Below, piece after piece: positions 10,946 to 19,963 of a stretch of 64,000 nucleotides of DNA. The translations under genes and the position numbers were made by a program. The stretch lies in NCBI GenBank assembly GCA_963764045.1, contig CAVXQW010000011.1:74203-138202 (forward strand). The letters are read 5' to 3'. Source of the DNA: an uncultured bacterium (GTDB lineage: Bacteria > Desulfobacterota > Deferrimicrobia > Deferrimicrobiales > Deferrimicrobiaceae). How positions within the stretch are numbered: the stretch's first letter is position 1; each line of letters opens with the position of its first letter. The notes below the pieces were generated by a model. It saw only the letters and a list, made by a program, of their open reading frames with translations, searched no databases and was not told where the DNA came from.

Positions 10946-11126
10946 TCGACGATCCTCCTTGTGCCTTGTTGGGGCAAAGTCCTCCCCGTCGGGAGTACGC
11001 TCACGAAGGGCGAAGCCGATCCCGGTAAAGTGCAGCCCTCCAGGGTCCCCCCACGGCGAGCCGCCTCGGAGCGGGAGCTCCGTCCGTGGCTCGCCGTGCG
11101 GTGAACCTGCACGGCTGCGCTTTACC

Positions 11127-12464
11127 TCACTGCGCCCCCCTCCTGCGGCGATCCGCCGTTCCCTCACGTCGTTCCACGACGAGCGTCATCCCGTCGAGGC
11201 CTTTCACGACCACGCGTTCCCCCTTGCGGACGGGCCGGTCGCACCGCGCGTCCCACAGCTCTCCGACGACGTGCACTTTCCCCCTCGGGTCGATGTCCGT
11301 GACCGCCTCCCCGATCTCTCCGACCATCCCCTCCGCACCGGTGGACGGCTTGCGGAGCTGGCTGCGCACGGCCAGCGAGATGACCGCGGCGAAGAAGACC
11401 GCCGACACCGCGACCATCGTGGTCAGCACGCTCCAGGAGATACGCACGTACGGATCGGCGCTCTCCCGGAAGAGCATCAGGCTCCCCAGGGCCATCGAGA
11501 TGATGCCGCCGATGGCCAACGCCCCGTGCGACTGCGCCTTCAGCTCGAGGAAGAAGAGGAGGAGGGAGAGGAGGATCAGCAGAAAGCCGGCGTAATTCGC
11601 CGAGAGGGTCTGCAGGGCGTAGAAGCCCAGCAGCAGCGAGATCCCTCCCACCACGCCGGGAAACACCGCGCCGGGAGAAGCCAGCTCGAAGTAGATCCCG
11701 TAGACCCCGATCATCATCAGGATGTAGGCGATGTTGGGATTCGCGAGGGCGGACAGTATGCGATGGCGAACGCCCATGGGCACCCGGACGACCGGCGCAC
11801 CCTTCGTCCGGAGGGTTACCGCCTCGCCGCCCTTCCGGATCACCCTCCCGTCGATCCGGGCGAGCAGGTCGGAAAGGGACGCGGCGACCAGGTCGACGAC
11901 ATTCCTGTCCAGGGCGTCTTTTGCCGAGAGGGAGGCGCTTTCCCGCACGGCGCTCTCCGCCCACTCGACGTTCCGCCCCCGGCCCGCAGCCAGCGAGCGC
12001 GCGTAGGCCGCGGCGTCGTTTTCCACCTTCCGCGACATCGTGTTGTCCATCGCGCCGCCCCCCATGTTAACCGGGTGGGCCGCGCCGATGTTGGTCCCGG
12101 GGGCCATGGCCGCCACGTCGGCCGCCAGCGTGATCAGCACCCCCGCGGATGCCGCCCTCGCCCCCTGCGGGGAGACGTACACGGCAACGGGGACCTTGCT
12201 CTTGAGAATCGCCTGCACCATCTCCCGCATCGCGGAATCGAGCCCGCCCGGGGTGTCCAGCTCGACCACGAGGAGGGTCGCGTCTTCCTCCTCCGCCCGG
12301 CCGATGACCGCGGAGAGGTAGTCCGCCGTGACGGGGCCGATCGGGGCGGCGATGGTGGCAACGAGCACCTCTTTCTGCGTGGGCCCTGCAGGAAGGGCGA
12401 CCCCCGGAACGGCGAGGAGAAGCGTGATCGCGACGATCAGGGTGCGGCGAACGGAAGAGGTCAT
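11127..12464 (-). CDS. NfeD-family membrane-bound serine protease (ClpP-like) with C-terminal OB domain
   Basis: Start is [23 protein letters not shown] (ATG 12462-12464). ClpP-fold region ([11 protein letters not shown]...[11 protein letters not shown]), multi-TM middle, C-terminal OB fold. Classic partner of SPFH proteins. Confidence 0.75.
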   Translation of the reverse strand: MTSSVRRTLIVAITLLLAVPGVALPAGPTQKEVLVATIAAPIGPVTADYLSAVIGRAEEEDATLLVVELDTPGGLDSAMREMVQAILKSKVPVAVYVSPQGARAASAGVLITLAADVAAMAPGTNIGAAHPVNMGGGAMDNTMSRKVENDAAAYARSLAAGRGRNVEWAESAVRESASLSAKDALDRNVVDLVAASLSDLLARIDGRVIRKGGEAVTLRTKGAPVVRVPMGVRHRILSALANPNIAYILMMIGVYGIYFELASPGAVFPGVVGGISLLLGFYALQTLSANYAGFLLILLSLLLFFLELKAQSHGALAIGGIISMALGSLMLFRESADPYVRISWSVLTTMVAVSAVFFAAVISLAVRSQLRKPSTGAEGMVGEIGEAVTDIDPRGKVHVVGELWDARCDRPVRKGERVVVKGLDGMTLVVERREGTADRRRRGAQ

Positions 12465-13654
12465 GGCAGTCGCTTTCTGTAGACGGCGAATTTCAGATAG
12501 TCGGTTTCGGGAACGGACAGGAGCACCGGGTGATCGGGCGGCTGTCCCCCCCACGCGATCCTCTCCAGGTCGGCGCCGGCGTCGGCCGCCGCGTCCCGGA
12601 GGGCCTCGACCCATTGCGTCCCGTCGATCAACTGCGTGCAGGACGAGGTGGCGAGAACGCCCCCGGGGGAGAGAACCGAAAGCCCCATCCGGTTGATATC
12701 CCGATATCCGCGCAGCGCACCCTCCCTCCCTTCCCGGGACTTGGCGAACGACGGCGGGTCGAGGATCACCAGGTCGAATCGCCGCCCGACGTCCCTCAAG
12801 TTCCGAAGCGCCTGGAAAAGGTCCTCCGCCTCCCCTTCCCACTGCCCGGAAACGCCGTTCAACGTGGCGTTCTCGCGCGCGGACTCGACGGCAGCACGCG
12901 AGGCGTCGATCGCAAGAACGCTCTTCGCCCCCCCGGCGAGGGCATACAAGCCGAACCCTCCCGAGGCGCAGAAGCCGTCGAGCACTTCCTTCCCTTCCGC
13001 CAGGCCGCGGACGATCCCGCGATTCCTTCGCTGGTCGAGGAAGAACCCCGTCTTCGGTCCCGCTTCCACGTCCACGGAAAATCGGACCCCGTCCATCTCG
13101 ATCTCCGCCCGGGTCGGCCCCTCCCCCCGGGCCGGACCCTTCCGCTCCGGCAGACCTTCGTGGCGACGTCCCCCGCCTTCGGATCGCTCGTAGATCAACC
13201 GCGGCCGGAAGTGACGCTCGAGGACGTCAAGAAGAAGTTCCCGGACGATCTCCATCCCCGCCGTCAGGATCTGCACCGAGAGGACATCGCCGTATCGGTC
13301 CGCGATCACCCCCGGAAGGAAATCACCCTCGGAATAGAGGACCCGCAGGGCGCGCTCCCCGCCCATCCCCGCCTCTGCGCGCCGCGCGCACGCCTCGCGC
13401 AGCCGGTCCCCGAGGAACACCTCCGTCGGCAGGACCTCCGCCCGGGACACCCGTCGCAGGGCGATCCGGGATCCGAGGTTGATCGTCGCCGTCCCGAGTG
13501 ATTCCCCCGGCCGCGAGCACACACGGACCCACTGCCCCGGCGAGAGGCCGGGCGGCACCTCGCGCAGGTCGTCCCCGAACACCCAGGCGTGGCCGGAGCG
13601 CAGCCGTTCCTCGCCTTTCCGACTGACCCGGACCTCGGGAAGAATACCCGTCAT
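12461..13654 (-). CDS. rlmI: 23S rRNA (cytosine1962-C5)-methyltransferase RlmI (PUA + SAM-MTase)
   Basis: Real protein starts at MTGILPEVRVSRKGEERLRSGHAWVF (~397 aa). SAM-binding motif LDGFCASGGFGLYALAGG. The upstream part of the 729-aa ORF is noise. ATGA overlap with nfeD. Confidence 0.75.
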   Translation of the reverse strand: MTGILPEVRVSRKGEERLRSGHAWVFGDDLREVPPGLSPGQWVRVCSRPGESLGTATINLGSRIALRRVSRAEVLPTEVFLGDRLREACARRAEAGMGGERALRVLYSEGDFLPGVIADRYGDVLSVQILTAGMEIVRELLLDVLERHFRPRLIYERSEGGGRRHEGLPERKGPARGEGPTRAEIEMDGVRFSVDVEAGPKTGFFLDQRRNRGIVRGLAEGKEVLDGFCASGGFGLYALAGGAKSVLAIDASRAAVESARENATLNGVSGQWEGEAEDLFQALRNLRDVGRRFDLVILDPPSFAKSREGREGALRGYRDINRMGLSVLSPGGVLATSSCTQLIDGTQWVEALRDAAADAGADLERIAWGGQPPDHPVLLSVPETDYLKFAVYRKRLP

Positions 13655-14373
13655 TTCGCCGAAGGTAGGCGGAGCCGCGAAGCGAGGGCATCGAAGTCTC
13701 CGAACACTTCCGTCTCCCGGGCGGCATTGCGCAGGATGAAGGCGGGATGATACGTGGGCAGTACCGGGACGCCGTCCCGTTCCCTCCACTTCCCCCGCTC
13801 CCGGGTGATTTTCTCCTCGACTCCCAACAGGAAATTCAGCGCGGTCGCGCCGAGGGTGCAGACGATCTCGGGGCGGATAGCGCGAATCTGGCGCAACAGG
13901 TACGGAAGGCACGCCTTCGCCTCGTCGGGGAGGGGAGGGCGGTTCCCCGGCGGGCGGCACTTCACGATGTTCGCGATGTACACGTCCTCCCGACGAAGGC
14001 CGATCCGACCGATCCACCGATCGAGCACCTTCCCTGCGGCCCCGACGAACGGCTCCCCCTTGCGATCCTCCTCGGCCCCGGGTCCCTCGCCGACGAACAT
14101 CAGCCGGGCGCGGGGGTTCCCGACCCCGAAGACGATCGTGGCGCGGCCCGCGCAGAGCGGACACCGGCGGCAATCGGCCAACTCCTCGCGGATGTCGTCG
14201 AGGGTCTCCACGGCGGCATCGGACGGGGGGATCGCTGCTTCCGGGTCCCCGGTGGAAATCGACGGGGCCACGACCGGAGCGGGTGAAGACACGCGGGCGG
14301 GCAGCATCACATAGTCCACCCCGACCTCCCTCAGCCAGGCCGACAGCATTCGGCGGGGATCGGTCCGATTCAT
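13651..14373 (-). CDS. uracil-DNA glycosylase, family 4 (4Fe-4S)
   Basis: 240 aa with CRRCPLCAGR cysteine cluster, GEGPGAEEDRKGEPFVGAAGKVLD motif and HPAFILRN. Confidence 0.8.
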   Translation of the reverse strand: MNRTDPRRMLSAWLREVGVDYVMLPARVSSPAPVVAPSISTGDPEAAIPPSDAAVETLDDIREELADCRRCPLCAGRATIVFGVGNPRARLMFVGEGPGAEEDRKGEPFVGAAGKVLDRWIGRIGLRREDVYIANIVKCRPPGNRPPLPDEAKACLPYLLRQIRAIRPEIVCTLGATALNFLLGVEEKITRERGKWRERDGVPVLPTYHPAFILRNAARETEVFGDFDALASRLRLPSAK

Positions 14374-15572
14374 CCGGGGAGGAACTTCCGGCAGACCGCC
14401 TGCCAGACGGCGGAGGCGATCGCATCCTTGGCCGCCATGGCGAGATCGAGCGCGGTTCCGTCGGAGAAGTAGACGCGGACCTCGTTGCTGTCGGAATCGA
14501 ACCCGATGTCGGACCGGGAGACGTCATTCGCCACGATCGCGTCCAGATTCTTCCGGCGCATCTTGTCGACCGCGTTCCCCTCGAGGTCGTTCGTCTCCGC
14601 CGCGAACCCGACGAGAACACGGATCCCCCCGGAGTGCCCGAGGGTGGCAAGGATGTCTTCCGTGGGAACCAGCGAGATTCGCCCGTCGAACGTCTCCTTC
14701 TTGATCTTTTGCGACGCTGGGGATTCCGGGCGGAAGTCGGCCACCGCCGCCGCCATCACCACCGCGTCCGCCGTTTCCGCCGCGTTTGCCACCGCCCCCA
14801 TCATCTCCTTGGCGGACCGCACCCGGACCGTCCTCATGAACGGCGGATCCGGCAGCCGCGTCGGTCCCGCAACGAGGGTCACGTCCGCGCCGTAACGCCG
14901 CGCAACGACCGCCATGGCGAATCCCATCTTGCCGCTGGACCGGTTCGTGAGGAACCGGACCGGGTCGATGTCCTCCGCGGTGGGTCCCGCCCCGACCACG
15001 ACCCTCTTCCCGGCGAGGATCTTCTCCGCCAGGAGGATCCGGGCCATCTCGACGATCTTCTCCGTGTCGGCCAGCCGCCCCGGGCCCACCGTGCCGCAGG
15101 CGAGCTCCCCGTCGTCGGGTTCCACGAAGGTGAACCCCCGCTCCCGGAGGACCTCCACGTTTTCGCGCACCGCCGGGGAGGCGTACATCTGGCTGTTCAT
15201 CGCAGGGGCGAGGAGTACCGGCGCGGCGGTGGCCATCACCACGGTCGAAAGCATGTCGTCCGCGATCCCGCTCCGGATCTTCCCGAGGATGTTCGCGGTG
15301 GCCGGTGCGATCATCAGGAGGTTCGCCCCCTGCGCGAGGGAGATGTGCCCTATGTCGGACTCGGCGATAAGGTCGAACAGGTCGGTATAAACCGGGTTCT
15401 TCGATAGGGTTTGCAGGGTGAGCGGGGTGATGAACCGGGCCCCGGAGGCGGTGAGGATCACCCGGACGCCCGCGCCCTCCTTGCGGAGCGCGCGGACGAT
15501 CTCGCACGCCTTGTACGCCGCGATCCCCCCGGTGACCCCGAGGACGATCTCCTTGCCGGAGAGCGTGGTCAT
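14370..15572 (-). CDS. coaBC: bifunctional phosphopantothenoylcysteine decarboxylase/phosphopantothenate-cysteine ligase
   Basis: 400 aa with a flavoprotein N-terminal domain (GVTGGIAAYK) and a CoaB C-terminal domain. Confidence 0.9.
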   Translation of the reverse strand: MTTLSGKEIVLGVTGGIAAYKACEIVRALRKEGAGVRVILTASGARFITPLTLQTLSKNPVYTDLFDLIAESDIGHISLAQGANLLMIAPATANILGKIRSGIADDMLSTVVMATAAPVLLAPAMNSQMYASPAVRENVEVLRERGFTFVEPDDGELACGTVGPGRLADTEKIVEMARILLAEKILAGKRVVVGAGPTAEDIDPVRFLTNRSSGKMGFAMAVVARRYGADVTLVAGPTRLPDPPFMRTVRVRSAKEMMGAVANAAETADAVVMAAAVADFRPESPASQKIKKETFDGRISLVPTEDILATLGHSGGIRVLVGFAAETNDLEGNAVDKMRRKNLDAIVANDVSRSDIGFDSDSNEVRVYFSDGTALDLAMAAKDAIASAVWQAVCRKFLPG

Positions 15573-16225
15573 CTGCCTGCGTCCTCCCCCGTGAAGAATG
15601 GGTTCCCGCGTTTTTCATCGCCCACCGTCGTTGCCGGGCCGTGCCCGGGAAAAAGAATGGTCTCCTCGGGCAGCGTGAAGATCTTCTCCCGGACCGCGCG
15701 CAGCAGGTCGTCGAGGGAGCCTCCGGGAAGATCCGTCCGGCCGATGGACCCCTCGAAGATGAGATCGCCCACGAAGGCGAGGTCCCCGGAAACGTACGTC
15801 ACGTGTCCCGGGGTGTGCCCCGGGGTGTGGAGAACGCGGAACGCCACGTCCCCCAGCGGGACGGTATCACCCTCCCGCACAAGCACGTCGGGGGGCGGAG
15901 GGGCGGGGACGTTCAGCCCGAACATCGCGCCTTGCCGGCCCGCCGTCCGCATCTGGTCCGCGTCGGCCGGATGGATGTGGACGCTCGCACCTGTCCGCTC
16001 CTTGAGGGCAGCCACCGCACCCACGTGATCGAAGTGCCCATGGGTGAGAAGGATCTTGTCCAGGGTCCATTCCCGCGCGCCCAACTGGCGCAGGATCTCG
16101 TCGGCCTCGTCTCCGGGGTCGATCACGACCGCCTTCCCGCTCGCCACGTGCCCCACGATGTAGGTGTTCTCCGCCAGCGGGCCGACCTCCATCGCCAGGA
16201 CACGGAGCGGCCGGGCGTCGGTCAC
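15569..16225 (-). CDS. MBL-fold metallo-hydrolase (glyoxalase II-like)
   Basis: 218 aa with the HGHFDHVG metal-binding motif. 4-nt overlaps on both sides. Confidence 0.75.
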   Translation of the reverse strand: MTDARPLRVLAMEVGPLAENTYIVGHVASGKAVVIDPGDEADEILRQLGAREWTLDKILLTHGHFDHVGAVAALKERTGASVHIHPADADQMRTAGRQGAMFGLNVPAPPPPDVLVREGDTVPLGDVAFRVLHTPGHTPGHVTYVSGDLAFVGDLIFEGSIGRTDLPGGSLDDLLRAVREKIFTLPEETILFPGHGPATTVGDEKRGNPFFTGEDAGR

Positions 16226-18720
16226 AGCTTTTCCCCCCAGGACGCGAACAGGTCCGAGTATTCCGATGCGAGTCGCTGCGCGGCGCGGCCGTCCCCGGAC
16301 TCGACCACCAGGTGGAAGTACGCTTCGTCCTGGCTCGGGTAGACCAGCGCCCAGTCCTCCCCCTCGAACACCTTCACCCCGTCGATGAACTGGTTCGGCT
16401 TCCCCTTGGCGTGCCCGGTCAGCATCCGCATGAGGGACCCCTTGTTCTCCCAGGCGCAGGGGATCTTCCGGTGAAGCAGGACGGTCGGGGGAATCTCGCG
16501 GAGAAGGTCGGACAGCCCCCTCCCCTCGGCCGCCAGCAGTTCCATGATCTTCACGATCGCGAACATGCCGTCGAACGCCGGCTGGAAGCGCGGGAAGACG
16601 AACCCGCCCGCCCCATCACCCGCGAAGGCGACCCCCTCCCTCGCCGCCGTTTCCATCAGCGACCGCGGCAGCGTCCTCGTCCGGACCACGTCCATCCCGA
16701 AGCGCGCCGCGATCTTCTCGATGTTCCGCGAGGCGGTGACCGGAACTCCCACCAGCCCCTGGCCCGCCTGGCGGCAGGCGAGGAGGCAGACCACCTGCAG
16801 CGCCGTCGCGTCGGAGAGGATGTCCCCCTTCTCGTCGATCAGGAAGATCTTCTCCCCGCCGGTGTCGAGCATCGCCCCGAAGTCGGCGGAAAGGGAGCGC
16901 GAGATCGCCGCGAGGTGTCCCATCCCCCTGTCGAACTCCTCCTGCGTCCGGGTGATGCGGGCCGGGTCGAGGATGGCGTTCAGCGCTACCGTCTCCACCC
17001 CGAGCTTCCCGAGGATCCGTGGGAAGATGACGGCGGAGGAACCGTAGGAGTAGTCGAGCACGATGTTGTAGTTCCGTTCCTTGATCGCCTTCGCATCGAC
17101 GGATTTCACGAACCCGTCGATGTAGAAGTCGAACCCGCCCATGGGGAAGGTTATCCCCCCGGTTTCCTCGATGTCGGCCCGGACGAAGTCTTCCCGGAAG
17201 AACAGGTTCTCGATGTTCTTCTCCTGCCCCATCGACAGATCGAGGCCGGAGTCGTCGAAGAACTTGAGGTCGAGGAAGGACGCGTTGAACGGGCTCTTCC
17301 GGGTGTGGACACCGCCCCGCTCCTCCCCATGGGATCGGGAGAGGAAACGCACCACCGGGAGAGGGGTGACGCCGTAGTCGTGCACGTCGACGCCGACCGC
17401 GAGCATCCCCGTCATGATCGCGCGGTTGATCATCCGCGACGCCTTGTGGCTGTCCCGGCTGGTTGAGAGGACCACCTTCCTTCCGAACGTGGCGGCGTAG
17501 GCGGCCCCGACCTTCGCCGCGAACTCGGGGGAGATCTCGATGTTCGCCAGCCCGACGATCCCGTAGGCGCCGAAGAGGGAACGCGCCCACTTCTCCCCCC
17601 AGATGAGGGAGGACGACAGGACCGCCCCGTCCTCGACCACCTTGTGGGGCCACACCTTCACGCTCGGTTTGACCACGGCCTCGGTCCCGATGACGCAATG
17701 GTCGCTGATCACCGCCCGCTCCGCGAGGAATGCGCCGCGCCCGACCCGGACGTCGGATCCGACGATATTCTCGAAGATCCGGGCCCCCTTCCCCACCGAC
17801 GTGCGCTCCCAGATCACGGAGGACTGGATGACCGCCCCATCCTCGATGACGCATCCGTTTCCGACCACGACGTTGCTCATCGTCACCCCGGATCCGACGA
17901 CGCACTTCTCCCCGAGAAGCACGTTTGACAGCTCCGCCGTGTAGTCGACCTTCGACCCCTCGCCGATCCAGACGCTCCGCTCCCCCGCCTTCTCCCCGTC
18001 GAAGCGGATCTTCACCTTCCCCGCCAGGAGGTCGAGGTGGACGTTCAGGTACTCGTCGAGATTCCCCACGTCCTTCCAGTACCCCTCCGCGACGTAGCCG
18101 AGCAGGCGGTCATTCCGGGCCAGCATGGCGGGAAAGAGGTTCTTGCTGAAGTCCCAGTTCTTCTTCGGCGGGATGAGTTCGAGCACTTCGGGCTCGACGA
18201 TGTAGATCCCCGTGTTGATCGTGTCGGAGAAGACCTCCCCCCACGTCGGCTTCTCCAGAAAGCGGACGATCCGGCCGTCCTCCTCGGTGATCACGATGCC
18301 GTACTGCAGGGGGTTGGGAACGCGCGTCAGGACAATGGTAACGGCCGCCCCGCGTTCCTTGTGGAAGTCGATCGCCTTCGACAGGTCGATATCGGTGATG
18401 ATGTCCGCGCTGATCACCAGGAATGTCCCGGAGAGCCGCTCCTCCGCGTTCTTCACCGCCCCCGCGGTGCCGTAATCCGCCTCGGCGTTCACGTAGTTCA
18501 TCCGGACCCCCCAGGGAGTCCCGTCCCCGAAGAAGGAGCTGATCTTCTCGGGATAGAAGTGGAGCAGCACCTCGAGTTCGTCGATCCCCGCGGCGGCCAG
18601 CAGACGGACGACGTGTTCCATCATCGGGCGGTTCGCCACGTGCGCCATCGGCTTTGGAAGTTTCTCGGTCAACGGGCGAAGCCTCGTTCCGAACCCTCCC
18701 GCCATCACGACCGCCTTCAT
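16222..18720 (-). CDS. bifunctional sugar-1-phosphate nucleotidyltransferase (mannose-1-P guanylyltransferase-like) / phosphomannomutase-phosphoglucomutase
   Basis: 832 aa. N-terminus MKAVVMAGGFGTRLRPLTEKLPKPM (NTP-transferase), then a left-handed beta-helix region, then a C-terminal PGM/PMM domain. Confidence 0.8.
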   Translation of the reverse strand: MKAVVMAGGFGTRLRPLTEKLPKPMAHVANRPMMEHVVRLLAAAGIDELEVLLHFYPEKISSFFGDGTPWGVRMNYVNAEADYGTAGAVKNAEERLSGTFLVISADIITDIDLSKAIDFHKERGAAVTIVLTRVPNPLQYGIVITEEDGRIVRFLEKPTWGEVFSDTINTGIYIVEPEVLELIPPKKNWDFSKNLFPAMLARNDRLLGYVAEGYWKDVGNLDEYLNVHLDLLAGKVKIRFDGEKAGERSVWIGEGSKVDYTAELSNVLLGEKCVVGSGVTMSNVVVGNGCVIEDGAVIQSSVIWERTSVGKGARIFENIVGSDVRVGRGAFLAERAVISDHCVIGTEAVVKPSVKVWPHKVVEDGAVLSSSLIWGEKWARSLFGAYGIVGLANIEISPEFAAKVGAAYAATFGRKVVLSTSRDSHKASRMINRAIMTGMLAVGVDVHDYGVTPLPVVRFLSRSHGEERGGVHTRKSPFNASFLDLKFFDDSGLDLSMGQEKNIENLFFREDFVRADIEETGGITFPMGGFDFYIDGFVKSVDAKAIKERNYNIVLDYSYGSSAVIFPRILGKLGVETVALNAILDPARITRTQEEFDRGMGHLAAISRSLSADFGAMLDTGGEKIFLIDEKGDILSDATALQVVCLLACRQAGQGLVGVPVTASRNIEKIAARFGMDVVRTRTLPRSLMETAAREGVAFAGDGAGGFVFPRFQPAFDGMFAIVKIMELLAAEGRGLSDLLREIPPTVLLHRKIPCAWENKGSLMRMLTGHAKGKPNQFIDGVKVFEGEDWALVYPSQDEAYFHLVVESGDGRAAQRLASEYSDLFASWGEKL

Positions 18721-18757
18721 GTCGATGCCTCCACGGAGGAAATGCGCCCGCTACAGG

Positions 18758-19429
18758 ATGCTGGACAAGACGCGACACCCCGAGATACCCGAAGGTGAGG
18801 GCGAAGAAGACGAGAAACACGGCGCAGGCGCCGACGACGCCGCGGTAGACCCGGTCGGTGAGCCAGCCCCTCCCCGCCGAGACCGCCGCCCCGACGAAGA
18901 GGTACCACGCCGCATCGGACAGGATGTGCCCGGAGAAGAAGGCGAGGACGCCCCGCCATCCCTGTCCGCGAGAAAGCAGCAGGTACCCGAGGCCGATCGT
19001 GGCCCACCAGAGCGACCAGTACGGGTTCGAGGCGGAGGTGACGATCCCGTCGATCACCGGTCGCACCCCGCCTGATCCCTTCCCGTCGTTCGCGCGCACC
19101 GGAAAATCGCCCGTCCCGGAACCGAAATGGAGCGTCCGGACCTCCCGGGCCATCCCCGCCGCCATCCGGAGAAGCATCGCGGAGCCGAGCAGGGCGATCG
19201 CGATGATCGCAGCGTCTCCCCGGATCCACTCCAACAGCCCGAACAGGAGGAGGCACACGAGCGCCGCCTCGAGGATCGCATGCCCGAGGACGAGCAGCGG
19301 CGCCGCGGAAAAACCACGGACCGAAGCGTGCCGGATCGTAACCGCAAGAAGGGGTCCCGGCATCATCGCCCCGGAGAGGCCGATGATGAAGGAAGATACG
19401 AAGATCGCCGCTGGATGACCGAAATCCAT
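18758..19429 (-). CDS. LysE/RhtB-family amino-acid exporter (3' end uncertain; stop apparently lost)
   Basis: Start MDFGHPAAIFVSSFIIGLSGAMMPGPLLAV at ~19429; about 6 TM segments typical of LysE. The reading frame continues without a stop for 610 nt into the next gene (ORF ends 18110). A TAG occurs in the +1 frame at ~18758. Confidence 0.55.
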
Positions 19430-19490
19430 AGTAAAATTTATAACACAAATCGTCGCCCGGGATGGGTCCGGGAGGCTGGAGGAACCCCCT

Positions 19491-19911
19491 TTGGCAGGCC
19501 GCAATCCCCTTCCCACCGCCGACGTCGTCATCGAGGTAGGCGACCGCGTCGTTCTTGTTCGGCGGAAGTATCCGCCCCCGGGGTGGGCGATCCCAGGCGG
19601 GTTCGTCGAGGTCGGTGAAACCGTCGAATCCGCGGCCGTCCGGGAAGCCCTCGAGGAGACGGGCCTTCGCGTGACCCTCACCGTGCTGCTGGGTGTCTAC
19701 TCCGACCCGGCGCGAGACCCGCGCCACCACACGATCTCGACGGTCTACATCGGGCGGGCCTCAGGCGCCCCCGCGGGCGGCGACGACGCTGCCGAGGCGC
19801 GTCTGTTCGGCGAGGACGACCTCCCCCCCCCCTCGCCTTCGACCACGCGAAGATCCTGGCGGACTATTTCCGGTTCAAGAAAACGGGAAAGAGGCCGCTT
19901 TGAGTGGAAGC
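19491..19911 (+). CDS. NUDIX hydrolase (frameshift in a poly-C run ~19823-19832)
   Basis: Nudix box GGFVEVGETVESAAVREALEETGL. After the C10 run, switching frame gives the canonical C-terminus LAFDHAKILADYFRFKKTGKRPL*. Confidence 0.7.
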
Positions 19912-19963
19912 CCCCGCGGGACGTGCCGAGGGGGCACGAGGAATCCCGCGGGGGGCCGGTGTA

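Noticed and set aside
13655-14650. N-terminal 330 aa of the 729-aa ORF containing rlmI
   Set aside because: It overlaps the family-4 UDG gene in another frame. The RlmI PUA domain starts at the internal Met (MTGILPEV...).
18717-19730. 337-aa ORF overlapping the lysE region
   Set aside because: It is an alternative frame of the lysE gene with Arg/Gly/Pro-rich product. The lysE frame has a clear multi-TM LysE profile.
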